A stretch of DNA of 64,000 nt from Bacteroidales bacterium (lineage in GTDB: Bacteria > Bacteroidota > Bacteroidia > Bacteroidales > UBA3663). The stretch is taken from positions 5,127 to 69,126 of the forward strand of contig JAFWRO010000058.1 in assembly GCA_017519885.1 (NCBI GenBank), given 5' to 3'. A model generated the notes under the pieces. That model ran no database searches and was not told where the DNA came from. It saw only the letters and a list, made by a program, of their open reading frames with translations. The position numbers and the translations under genes were made by a program. Each line of letters begins with the position of its first letter. The first letter of the stretch is position 1. This document shows positions 8,146-16,026 of this stretch, one piece after another.

Positions 8146-9708
8146 TTAGTCAATCATGAAATCTTCGATATTGTCGAACACGCATTTCTGGAAATATTCG
8201 GCCACCTGGGCATAGCTGTTGAAGGTCGATTCCTTCTGACCTTTCGCCTTGAGGTAGGCTGCGAGGCTCCACGGGTAATTCTGCATCTTGCGGAAATAGG
8301 GAGGAGCCGTGTCCAACGAACGCTTGAAGCAACGGTAAACAGAAGGACTTATCCTGGACTGTACCCATTCTTCGAATTTTGCTCGCGACTTGCTCAAGAG
8401 AATGGGTCGGTTGCCAAGCTTCGGGTGCTTTTGGCTGAACACTATGTAAACCGAGAGCCAAAGACAATTCTTGTTGAAGCAAGATGCCCTATTCGGACCA
8501 TCGGTAAAATCTTTCGTGAAATTGACGAGCTTTTCCTCGTCAATACGAGGATGGATGAACGGCGAAGCAGTTTGCCGAGTGGCGGGACTCGACGAGGCAT
8601 TCTGCTGTGGTGTAGATTGCGTCGATTCTTCATCCTCCGGGATGGAATCCGCATCGATTACAGGTGAATCAAAACCATCGGACTTACCCGAAGTTATCTT
8701 GCCGAAAAGGAACAGATCGTAACGCATCCTATTTCCATTGTACAGCTCGCATTTGATGAGATTGGCCCGATGAACCCTGGAGAAAAGAAACATGACATTG
8801 GATGCATTGACATAACGGTCGAACAAGTATTCCCTATTGAAGAGCATACTCCAGTCGTAAAGGTTTTCGGGGTCGGTTGTATCGCGCAGGATTTTGAGGA
8901 TATAGCGATTCTTGACGAGCATCTCCCATTCATTGTCATCGTACAGACAGGCATAATCTTGCACATCGACCGATAGTCCATCGATAATTCGGCCCATCAG
9001 TTGTTCGTCAAGTTCTGCCAAATCCGCCCAATGCTGCTTAGAGAGTCTCACCAGCCTATCGTTCTTCAGCTTAATTGCCGACGCGCGCAGCTTAAAAAGA
9101 TAATCGTCGGTTCTTTGGTCGACGAATTGCCTGAACTTTGAAATGACGTAATCCTTCAGTTCGTTACCCTGCATGAAGGACATCGGATGTTTCATCCGCC
9201 GCTGTATGCGATCGAACAGTTCGATGGTCTGGTTGATATAACTTTTAATCGTCGTTTCGATAACAACAGGCACTTGCACCAGTTCGTCAAGAGGGATTGG
9301 ACCACCGCTGCCATTTGCCACATTCAATCTCTGGATAAACTCAAGATTCCCATCAGAGACAAACTTGAGATCGTTGTCCTCGTCACCATCCAAAGCCATC
9401 GACATGAGAGAACGAAGGCTATCGGACGAATCAACGAATTGACTGTAGGTGGTTTTAAGTGTCAGATAATTGAGTATGGAATCACGGGACTCAAGCGCAG
9501 AAGGCATAATTTTCATCAGGCTGCGGCATGCATCGAGATATTGGTCGAAAATACGACTCACAAAAAACAATGTTGCGTTGGAAGAAGGATTGACGAGAAA
9601 GAGTCCCTTATCTTCGAGTTTCCAGAAATCTTCAAGGCTCTTACTCAGTCTTTCAACCTTATCCCTTGCAAATAAATAATCCGAATCGGCATAATCACTA
9701 TCAAACAT
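8146..9708 (-). CDS. hypothetical protein, 520 aa, no domain recognised
   Basis: Long ORF with protein-like composition and no signal peptide. An acidic/S-T-P-Q linker (…DADSIPEDEESTQSTPQQNASSSPATRQTASP…) separates a ~340-aa N-terminal region from a ~135-aa C-terminal region. Confidence 0.6.
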   Translation of the reverse strand: MFDSDYADSDYLFARDKVERLSKSLEDFWKLEDKGLFLVNPSSNATLFFVSRIFDQYLDACRSLMKIMPSALESRDSILNYLTLKTTYSQFVDSSDSLRSLMSMALDGDEDNDLKFVSDGNLEFIQRLNVANGSGGPIPLDELVQVPVVIETTIKSYINQTIELFDRIQRRMKHPMSFMQGNELKDYVISKFRQFVDQRTDDYLFKLRASAIKLKNDRLVRLSKQHWADLAELDEQLMGRIIDGLSVDVQDYACLYDDNEWEMLVKNRYILKILRDTTDPENLYDWSMLFNREYLFDRYVNASNVMFLFSRVHRANLIKCELYNGNRMRYDLFLFGKITSGKSDGFDSPVIDADSIPEDEESTQSTPQQNASSSPATRQTASPFIHPRIDEEKLVNFTKDFTDGPNRASCFNKNCLWLSVYIVFSQKHPKLGNRPILLSKSRAKFEEWVQSRISPSVYRCFKRSLDTAPPYFRKMQNYPWSLAAYLKAKGQKESTFNSYAQVAEYFQKCVFDNIEDFMID

Positions 9709-9716
9709 CTAGGAGT

Positions 9717-9791
9717 GACAATTAGCAATTAACAATTAATAATTAACAATTAACAATTAAAAATTTCAATTAGCAATTAACAACTGACAAT
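9717..9791. repeat. family A spacer repeat, instance A2
   Basis: gacaattagcaattaacaattaataattaacaattaacaattaaaaatttcaattagcaattaacaactgacaat. It fills the whole 68-bp spacer and encodes the last codons and stop of the upstream gene. Confidence 0.9.
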
Positions 9792-10811
9792 GAGTGGCTT
9801 GAGTTGCGAACAAGCCTTGACGGCCTGAAGGTCGCGAGCTAGTTGGTCTTTGAGATCGTCGAGCGATTCCATCTTGCGCTCATCGCGAATACGGTCGATG
9901 AAACGCAGGCTTAGCCGTTGACCATAGAGGTCGCCACTGAAGCCGATGAGATGCGCCTCGATGGTGAGACGATGCTCGTTCTCGACCGTGGGCCGATAGC
10001 CGATGTTGACCATTGCCGGAAAGCGGCGGGCATCGGAAAGTGTAGCAATGGCCGCATACACGCCTCGACGCGGAATAGCGCTTTCATTTCCAACGGCAGC
10101 AACGTTGGCCGTGGGATAACCCAGTCGGCGCCCTAGCTGATGACCGCGCACTACGGTGCCCGAAATCTCTTCGCCAGTGGTCACGAAACGGAACTGCTGG
10201 CCACGATACTCCATCTTGACCAAGTAGAATCGCACCAGGTCGGCAAGCAGACGGATAGCACTCTTTCGTGACAGCATTACCCGACGACAGAACTGATTGA
10301 GCGTAAGACCAGCCTCACCTTCCTTGGCAAGCAGGTCGAGAGCCGACGACTGCTGCTCGGTGAAACGCATCAGCGTACCGGCATCGTGCTGATCACTACG
10401 CCATAGGGCAAGATGTACGGGCGTGGCCACGATGTTCTCGTCGGCAACACGCACATAGGCACGCCAGCGGCCATCCTCTTCGCGCGCCATGACGGGACGG
10501 TCGGTCGAAGCGGGGATGGTGGCGATGAGCACCGTGTGACCTTCGGCTTTCACGGTCTCCCACGTGCAATCGACCTCGGGGCGGCATCCCGTGTGGGCAG
10601 CCGCATCGATCATGTAGATCTCCTCATCGCTGCGCACGCCGGCTATCGTCCCATTGTCGCGCACACCGACGAGCAGCCGTCCGCCGTCGGTATTGGCGAA
10701 GGCGGAGATACTGTGGGCAATCTTGCTCACGCTGGATATCTCGTATTTGAAATCCTGTTGCTGATGTTCGCCCTCGGCGATGAGTTCGCTCAGGCGGTCC
10801 TTGGGTTTCAT
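9777..10811 (-). CDS. AlbA_2 (Schlafen-like) DNA-binding domain + winged-helix + riboflavin kinase domain fusion protein
   Basis: Start moved to MKPKDRL (ATGA overlap with the GNAT stop). N-terminus EGEHQQQDFKYE...AFANTDGGRLLVGVRDNGTIAGV is an AlbA_2 signature. C-terminus SGTVVRGHQLGRRLGYPTANV...GVYA...NIGYRPT...IEAHL...DLYG carries RibF C-terminal riboflavin kinase motifs. Confidence 0.75.
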   Translation of the reverse strand: MKPKDRLSELIAEGEHQQQDFKYEISSVSKIAHSISAFANTDGGRLLVGVRDNGTIAGVRSDEEIYMIDAAAHTGCRPEVDCTWETVKAEGHTVLIATIPASTDRPVMAREEDGRWRAYVRVADENIVATPVHLALWRSDQHDAGTLMRFTEQQSSALDLLAKEGEAGLTLNQFCRRVMLSRKSAIRLLADLVRFYLVKMEYRGQQFRFVTTGEEISGTVVRGHQLGRRLGYPTANVAAVGNESAIPRRGVYAAIATLSDARRFPAMVNIGYRPTVENEHRLTIEAHLIGFSGDLYGQRLSLRFIDRIRDERKMESLDDLKDQLARDLQAVKACSQLKPLIVSC

Positions 10812-11305
10812 TTCTCTTTCGATGTAATGGTTTTCTGGAAGGCCAGACGCGGGTCGCCGTTGGCCAGATGGATGATGCCACAATACGTGAAGCCGTACTT
10901 TCGAAGCAGGCTCTGCATTGTCTTGTTGTCGGCATGGGTGTCGATACGCACAGTGTCGGTGAGTGCAAAAGCATAGTCGAGCACACGACGCATCACGCCA
11001 TGTGCCTTCGGACCCGAAGCCACGCGATGGATCACATAGTATGGATGCTCGTTGAGCCATTGGCCGTCATAGATCACGGCATACGTCGGGTCGGGGCCTT
11101 CAACGAGCGCGAAAGTGGCCACGGGCTCACCCTCCTCCTCCACTACATAGCTGACGCCACGCTCAACGTCGTTCTCGATCTGCTGAGGTGAGGGATGACC
11201 GTTGGCCCATTGATGAATATTGCCTTCGGCCACCATCTTCTTGCGTGCCTCGTCGATAAGGGCAAGGATGAAAGGTATATCTTCTTTGGTAGATTTTCGT
11301 ATCAT
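10808..11305 (-). CDS. GNAT family N-acetyltransferase
   Basis: Start moved to MIRKSTKEDIPF. Acetyl-CoA-binding region HRVASGPKAHGVMRRVLDYA and RIDTHADNKTMQSLLRKYGF. Confidence 0.85.
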   Translation of the reverse strand: MIRKSTKEDIPFILALIDEARKKMVAEGNIHQWANGHPSPQQIENDVERGVSYVVEEEGEPVATFALVEGPDPTYAVIYDGQWLNEHPYYVIHRVASGPKAHGVMRRVLDYAFALTDTVRIDTHADNKTMQSLLRKYGFTYCGIIHLANGDPRLAFQKTITSKEK

Positions 11306-11340
11306 AGAGTTTTGTGAACTTGTCGATTCTAATTTTGGCA

Positions 11341-11348
11341 CAAAGGTA
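11341..11348 (-). promoter_or_regulatory. -7 box TACCTTTG for the GNAT operon
   Basis: Minus-strand TACCTTTG, 36 nt upstream of the ATG at 11305. Confidence 0.55.
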
Positions 11349-11484
11349 GTATTTTCTGACCAAACTACCAAAAAACTGAACAAATAAAAGTAAAAATGCA
11401 AACGTTTGTCTGTCGATTTACATAAAAATCGTGAAAAAAGGGGATTTTCTCCTCCCAAAAGACGATTATTTGCGAAAAAAGAAG

Positions 11485-11492
11485 TATCTTTG
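11485..11492 (+). promoter_or_regulatory. -7 box TATCTTTG for the VTC cluster
   Basis: 39 nt upstream of the ATG at 11531. Confidence 0.6.
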
Positions 11493-11530
11493 CACCTGGA
11501 AAAATAAAATAATAGCGTTCAATCATTACA

Positions 11531-12334
11531 ATGGCCGAAACCCGAGAGTCTGTCTTTCAGCAAATCAACGAAGTACTTGCGACCTATCAGCCCATCTCAC
11601 TCGAAGAGATGAGCGCAGTGAAGTTGATGAACCGTATCGACACGAAGTTCGTCATCCCGCTGGTGCAACTCAAGCCCCTGCTTCTGACTGCAGCCTCGCA
11701 GTACTACGTCCAGATGCTCAACGGCAAGCCCACAGCGGGTTATCACACCATCTACCTCGACACCGACGACCACCGCATGTACAATATGCACCAGACAGGC
11801 CGCAAGGTACGACAGAAGATCCGTGTACGCACCTACGAGGAGACGGGCGCGACCTTCCTTGAGGTCAAGAACAAGAACAACCACGGCCGCACAAAAAAGA
11901 AACGCATCGAGGTGCCGAGTTTCGAGAGCGTGTTCCAAAGCGAGGAGGCCAACCAGTTCCTGATCGAGAAGTCGTGGTACACCATCGACCAACTGCATCC
12001 GCACGTCGAGAACTTCTTCGACCGTATCACCCTCATCAACCACGGTATGACCGAACGCCTCACCATCGACCTGGGCTTGCGGTTCCACAACTACGACATC
12101 GACACACGCGCTGACATCGGGCACTGCGTAGTCATCGAACTGAAACGCGACGGCCTCATCCATTCGCCCATGCAGGACATCTTCCTCGACATGCGCATCC
12201 TCCCTGGAGGCTTCAGCAAGTACTGCATCGGCAGCGCCTTCACCAATCCCGCCCTTCGCCACAACAACCTCAAGGAAAAGATGCACCGTGTGGAGCGTTT
12301 CCGCCAGATGCAGGAGGGATTGCTGATAGATTGA
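11531..12334 (+). CDS. VTC-domain protein (triphosphate-tunnel / polyphosphate-polymerase-like)
   Basis: 267 aa. NRIDTKF..., RKIRVRTY, FLEVKNK and ELKRDG strand motifs are typical of bacterial VTC/TTM domains. Confidence 0.75.
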   Translation: MAETRESVFQQINEVLATYQPISLEEMSAVKLMNRIDTKFVIPLVQLKPLLLTAASQYYVQMLNGKPTAGYHTIYLDTDDHRMYNMHQTGRKVRQKIRVRTYEETGATFLEVKNKNNHGRTKKKRIEVPSFESVFQSEEANQFLIEKSWYTIDQLHPHVENFFDRITLINHGMTERLTIDLGLRFHNYDIDTRADIGHCVVIELKRDGLIHSPMQDIFLDMRILPGGFSKYCIGSAFTNPALRHNNLKEKMHRVERFRQMQEGLLID

Positions 12335-12386
12335 TGTTTGTCGCGACAAAGCTGCACTTCGGTGTGACATATCATAGCGACCCACT

Positions 12387-12447
12387 GTAATTGTTAATTG
12401 TTTATTTTACCACAATTGTTATTTGTTAATTTTTAATTGTTAATTAT
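12387..12447. repeat. family A spacer repeat, instance A3
   Basis: gtaattgttaattgtttattttaccacaattgttatttgttaatttttaattgttaattat. Confidence 0.85.
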
Positions 12448-12456
12448 ACACCACCT

Positions 12457-13125
12457 ATGGATCCAGATTTTATCGATGTAGGCTCCGAACTGATCAAGCC
12501 AATTGGCATGACCGACTTTTTGTTGCGTCTCCTCATCAACGTGCTCTTCGTGATCGGCATCATCCACTTCCTCTACTATCGCCGTTCGCGTCGCGCCGAC
12601 TACTACTTCACTTTTGCCATCATCTCGCTCTCGACCTTCATGATCGTGGCATTGCTGGGCACCGTGAAACTCAAGACAGGTTTCGCGTTGGGCCTGTTTG
12701 CCATCTTCTCGATCATACGTTATCGAACGGAGTCGATGCCTGTGCGCGAGATGACCTATCTGTTTGCCATCATCGCCATCTCGGTGGTCAACGCCCTGGC
12801 GGGTGATGCCGTAGGCTGGATCGGCCTCATTGCCATCAATGTCATCTTCGTCGTCGCCATCTCTTTGGCCGAACTGACACGCAAGATGAAGCACCTGGCC
12901 TGCAAGTATGTCAAGTATGACCGCATTGAGCTCATCGTCCCTGCACGTCGCGCCGAACTCATTGCCGACCTCGAGAAACGTCTGGGCATAACCGTTCGTC
13001 GTGTAGATATTGGAACCGTCAATTTCCTCAAGGACATGGCGCTCCTCAAGGTTTGGTATGAGCCAGAGGACGGCAACGAAGAAAACACGGTCGATGAACT
13101 TATCAGAAAGGTACCCAATTTTTAA
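12457..13125 (+). CDS. DUF4956-like integral membrane protein
   Basis: 222 aa with 4 hydrophobic helices. SIIRYRTE motif. Usual partner of bacterial VTC genes. Confidence 0.7.
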   Translation: MDPDFIDVGSELIKPIGMTDFLLRLLINVLFVIGIIHFLYYRRSRRADYYFTFAIISLSTFMIVALLGTVKLKTGFALGLFAIFSIIRYRTESMPVREMTYLFAIIAISVVNALAGDAVGWIGLIAINVIFVVAISLAELTRKMKHLACKYVKYDRIELIVPARRAELIADLEKRLGITVRRVDIGTVNFLKDMALLKVWYEPEDGNEENTVDELIRKVPNF

Positions 13126-13307
13126 GGTTAAGAAAGGTTCTGAAAAGTTCGAAAGGTTAAGAAAGGTTGCTCACTTCGCAGCGCGCGAGCAAAGCTCGGA
13201 ACGAAAGGCTTTCAGAACCCCTCTTAACCCCTCTTAACCTCTCAAACCCCTCCTAACCCCTCTTAACCTCTCAAACCCCTCTTAACACCTCTTAACCCCT
13301 CTTAACC
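13124..13307. repeat. family B spacer element, instance B1 (GGTTAAGAAAGG arm, unique core, 9 x CCTCTTAACC-type words)
   Basis: Left arm aaggttaagaaaggtt...ggttaagaaaggtt. Right arm cccctcttaacccctcttaacctctcaaacccc... The arms are inverted relative to each other. Confidence 0.9.
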
Positions 13308-13308
13308 A

Positions 13309-14058
13309 GTGCATAAAATACTTCTCTTCCTCCTGGCCATGCTCCCCATGGTCAGTATGGCGCAGTCGGATGCCGGATTGTGGACATCGGTCGGCATCGA
13401 CAAGAAAATCAACAAGAAACTCTCGTTCGGCCTTGAAGGTGAATTCCGTTCGCGCAACGACTTCAAGACTGCCGACCGCTGGAGCGTGGGCCTCGATGCC
13501 ACCTGGAAGTTCAATAAGAAGTTCCGCGTGGCTGCTGGCTACGTCCTCCTCAACGACAACCGAAAGGAGAAAATCAGTTACAACAATGACGATCCCACGT
13601 CGGTCAACTACTACAACAACTGGCGTCCCTCCTATTGGACCGTCCGCCATCGTGTGTTTGCCGGCTTCGGCCTGAGCACCGACGTCGGGCGCTGGTCATT
13701 CTCGCTGCGCGAACGCTGGCAATACACCTATCGCCCCGAGAAGACCACCACACGCTACGACTTCGATAACGCGAAGTGGGAGGACACCACCGTCAAAGGA
13801 AATGCCGGTAGTGTGCTGCGCAGCCGTATTCAAGCAGAATACGACATCCCATTGTGCACCTGGACCCCCAACGCCAGCGTGGAACTCTACAACGCATGGT
13901 CTGTCCAGAAAGTGCGCTACACCATCGGTGCCGACTGGAAGATCAACAAGAAGAACTCCTTCAGCTTCTATTATCGCTTCCAAGACAATCGTGGCAGTTC
14001 GGATGATGGAGATTTAGATATGCACATCATCGGCTTGGGTTATAATTTCAAATTCTAA
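13309..14058 (+). CDS. outer-membrane beta-barrel protein (DUF2490-like)
   Basis: GTG start gives signal peptide MHKILLFLLAMLPMVSMAQ (alternative ATG at 13339). Alternating amphipathic strands and a C-terminal ...GLGYNFKF. Confidence 0.55.
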   Translation: MHKILLFLLAMLPMVSMAQSDAGLWTSVGIDKKINKKLSFGLEGEFRSRNDFKTADRWSVGLDATWKFNKKFRVAAGYVLLNDNRKEKISYNNDDPTSVNYYNNWRPSYWTVRHRVFAGFGLSTDVGRWSFSLRERWQYTYRPEKTTTRYDFDNAKWEDTTVKGNAGSVLRSRIQAEYDIPLCTWTPNASVELYNAWSVQKVRYTIGADWKINKKNSFSFYYRFQDNRGSSDDGDLDMHIIGLGYNFKF

Positions 14059-14064
14059 GCAACA

Positions 14065-15945
14065 ATGAAAAAAAATATCATCTATATACTGATGGCTCTA
14101 GCTACCGTAGGCTTCACAGCATGCGAGAACGACGATACCGACTTCAGCGACATCATCAACAACAATTCGAGCGGTGGATCACAAGGCGGTGAAAGCGGCG
14201 GAGAAGAAGGTGGTGGTGAAGAAGGTGGCGGCGCTGGTGGCAACACTTCCGACCTCACCATTACCCAGAGCAGCAGCCTTTCGAAAGCTGTTGAAATCAA
14301 CTGGACCAGCGTTGCTGCCGAATTAACCGTGGCTTCCGACATCTATTCCTCCCTCACCTTCGAAGGAACGGGCACACAGGTCATCATTACTTCGAGTGCC
14401 AGCCTCACCGACGAAGTGACCTACACCCTCAGCGGTACTGCCAGCAAAGGTTCGTTCTTCCTCAATGGTTCGACCGATGCCACCGTGGCCTTCAACGGCC
14501 TTACCCTCACCTGCGCCGACAGTGCTGCTGTCAACATCCAGAACGGCAAGCGCATCAACGTCGTTGTCGAGGGCAACAACACCATCAAGGACGGAGCGAA
14601 GAGCAGCGGCAAAGGTGTTCTGGTGATCAACGGGCATTCACAGTTCAGCGGCTCAGGCACATTGACGCTCTACGGCATGGCCAGTCATGCCTTCTGGGCT
14701 GACGAATACATCCAGCTCAAGCAATCGTTCACCGGAAGCCTTGTCGTGACCTACGCAGCAAGCGACGGCATCAATGTCAACCAATACTTCGAGCAAAACG
14801 GCGGCACAGTGAAGATTTCGGGCATCATGGGCGATGGTCTGCAGGTCAATGCCGATGAGAAATATACCGGCTACGTCAACATCAACGGCGGCACCATCGA
14901 CATCAGCGCGGCGGGTGCAGGATGCAAGGGCATCAAGGCAGCAGGATACATTCGCATCGACGACGACAAGTCGGCACCTGTCATCACTGTTGCCAACAGC
15001 GGCACGGGCACCTACGACGACACCAACAAGAAGGCAGTAGGTGCTGCCTGTATGGCAAGCGATGCAGATATTACCATCGACGCAGGCACCATCACGCTCA
15101 GTGCAACGGGCAATGGCGGCAAGGGATTGAAGTGCGACTCCACATTCACGATGAATGGTGGTACGCTCACAATCTCAACGACGGGCGTAGGATATACCTC
15201 CAATGGCGACAGCACTTATCCAAAAGGACTTAAGGCAGGTACCGACAGTGGCACGCTTGCAGGCGGCATCGTCATCAATGGCGGCAATGTCAGCGTCACC
15301 GTCAGCGGAAAGGCCAGTGGTTGCGAGGGCATAGAGAGCGACAACATCATCACCATCAAGGGTGGAGTTACCACCGTCAATGCCTATGACGACGCCATCA
15401 ACTCAGGCAGCGACATGACTGTCGAAGGTGGCTGCGTCTATGCTCGCTCGACCAACAACGATGGTATCGACACCAATGGCAACTGCTACATCAAGGGCGG
15501 ATTGGTCTATGCCATCAGTGGCAATGCTCCCGAAGTAGCTATCGATGCCAACAGCGAAGCGCAGAAGAAACTCTACGTCTCAGGCGGCACCATTGTTGCC
15601 CTTGGCGGACTGGAGTCGGGCGCCAGCCTCTCGCAGACCTGCTATGCTGCTTCCTCGTGGAACAAGAACACCTGGTATGCACTAACATACGGCAGCGAGA
15701 CCTTTGCCTTCCAGACCCCATCGAGCGGCGGCACCACGATGGTCGTCTCTGCTCCTTCTACCCCATCGCTCCAGAGCGGTGTCAGCGTTTCGGGCGGCAC
15801 GGAGATCTTCGACGGCGCAGCCTACACAGGTGCCTCGGTGAGCGGTGGCACTTCCGTCACGCTCTCCAACTACACGGGCGGCAATCAGGGCGGTGGTCCT
15901 GGTGGTGGAGGTCCCGGTGGCGGCGGACATCCGGGTGGATGGTGA
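14065..15945 (+). CDS. Cthe_2159-like beta-helix (carbohydrate-binding) lipoprotein
   Basis: Lipobox MALATVGFTAC. Repeated ...GDGI/DAINS...G(G)T(L/V)TI... beta-helix rungs. Gly-rich tracts at both ends. Confidence 0.6.
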   Translation: MKKNIIYILMALATVGFTACENDDTDFSDIINNNSSGGSQGGESGGEEGGGEEGGGAGGNTSDLTITQSSSLSKAVEINWTSVAAELTVASDIYSSLTFEGTGTQVIITSSASLTDEVTYTLSGTASKGSFFLNGSTDATVAFNGLTLTCADSAAVNIQNGKRINVVVEGNNTIKDGAKSSGKGVLVINGHSQFSGSGTLTLYGMASHAFWADEYIQLKQSFTGSLVVTYAASDGINVNQYFEQNGGTVKISGIMGDGLQVNADEKYTGYVNINGGTIDISAAGAGCKGIKAAGYIRIDDDKSAPVITVANSGTGTYDDTNKKAVGAACMASDADITIDAGTITLSATGNGGKGLKCDSTFTMNGGTLTISTTGVGYTSNGDSTYPKGLKAGTDSGTLAGGIVINGGNVSVTVSGKASGCEGIESDNIITIKGGVTTVNAYDDAINSGSDMTVEGGCVYARSTNNDGIDTNGNCYIKGGLVYAISGNAPEVAIDANSEAQKKLYVSGGTIVALGGLESGASLSQTCYAASSWNKNTWYALTYGSETFAFQTPSSGGTTMVVSAPSTPSLQSGVSVSGGTEIFDGAAYTGASVSGGTSVTLSNYTGGNQGGGPGGGGPGGGGHPGGW

Positions 15946-15971
15946 AGATATAATTCCGGGATTTCGACAAT

Positions 15972-16012
15972 AATCAGGGCGGCACTCCGAGTTTCGGAAT
16001 GCCGCCCTGATT
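15972..16012. terminator. bidirectional terminator hairpin between convergent genes
   Basis: 19-bp stem aatcagggcggcactccga / tcggaatgccgccctgatt with 1 mismatch and a 3-nt loop, flanked by A/T-rich sequence. Confidence 0.8.
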
Positions 16013-16026
16013 ATTATAATCGGTCC

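Noticed and set aside
9777-11060. The track ORF of 427 aa begins 83 codons upstream of MKPKDRL. Similar N-terminal extensions occur at 6387-7997, 10808-11458, 18573-19484, 19438-, 20605-, 22812-25022, 24984-, 25615-, 29186-, 34479-, 47988-, 50207- and 58690-.
   Set aside because: The extensions run through the upstream gene or through the promoter -7 box and repeat arrays. Some use TTG or GTG starts and encode low-complexity or Cys/Arg-rich junk. Internal ATGs give canonical N-termini (signal peptides or conserved first motifs).
10808-11305. A GNAT toxin of a type II toxin-antitoxin pair, with the downstream DNA-binding protein as antitoxin.
   Set aside because: The gene order (GNAT first) and the partner's size and architecture (344 aa, with an intact riboflavin kinase) do not fit the RHH/DUF1778 antitoxins of TacT/AtaT-type systems. 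The GNAT sequence looks like a generic small-molecule acetyltransferase.
13218-13307. Possible CRISPR array, raised by the regularly spaced short repeats here and in the other word arrays.
   Set aside because: The units are 7-12 bp and directly abut one another without unique spacers. No cas genes are present. CRISPR repeats are 24-48 bp separated by spacers of similar size.
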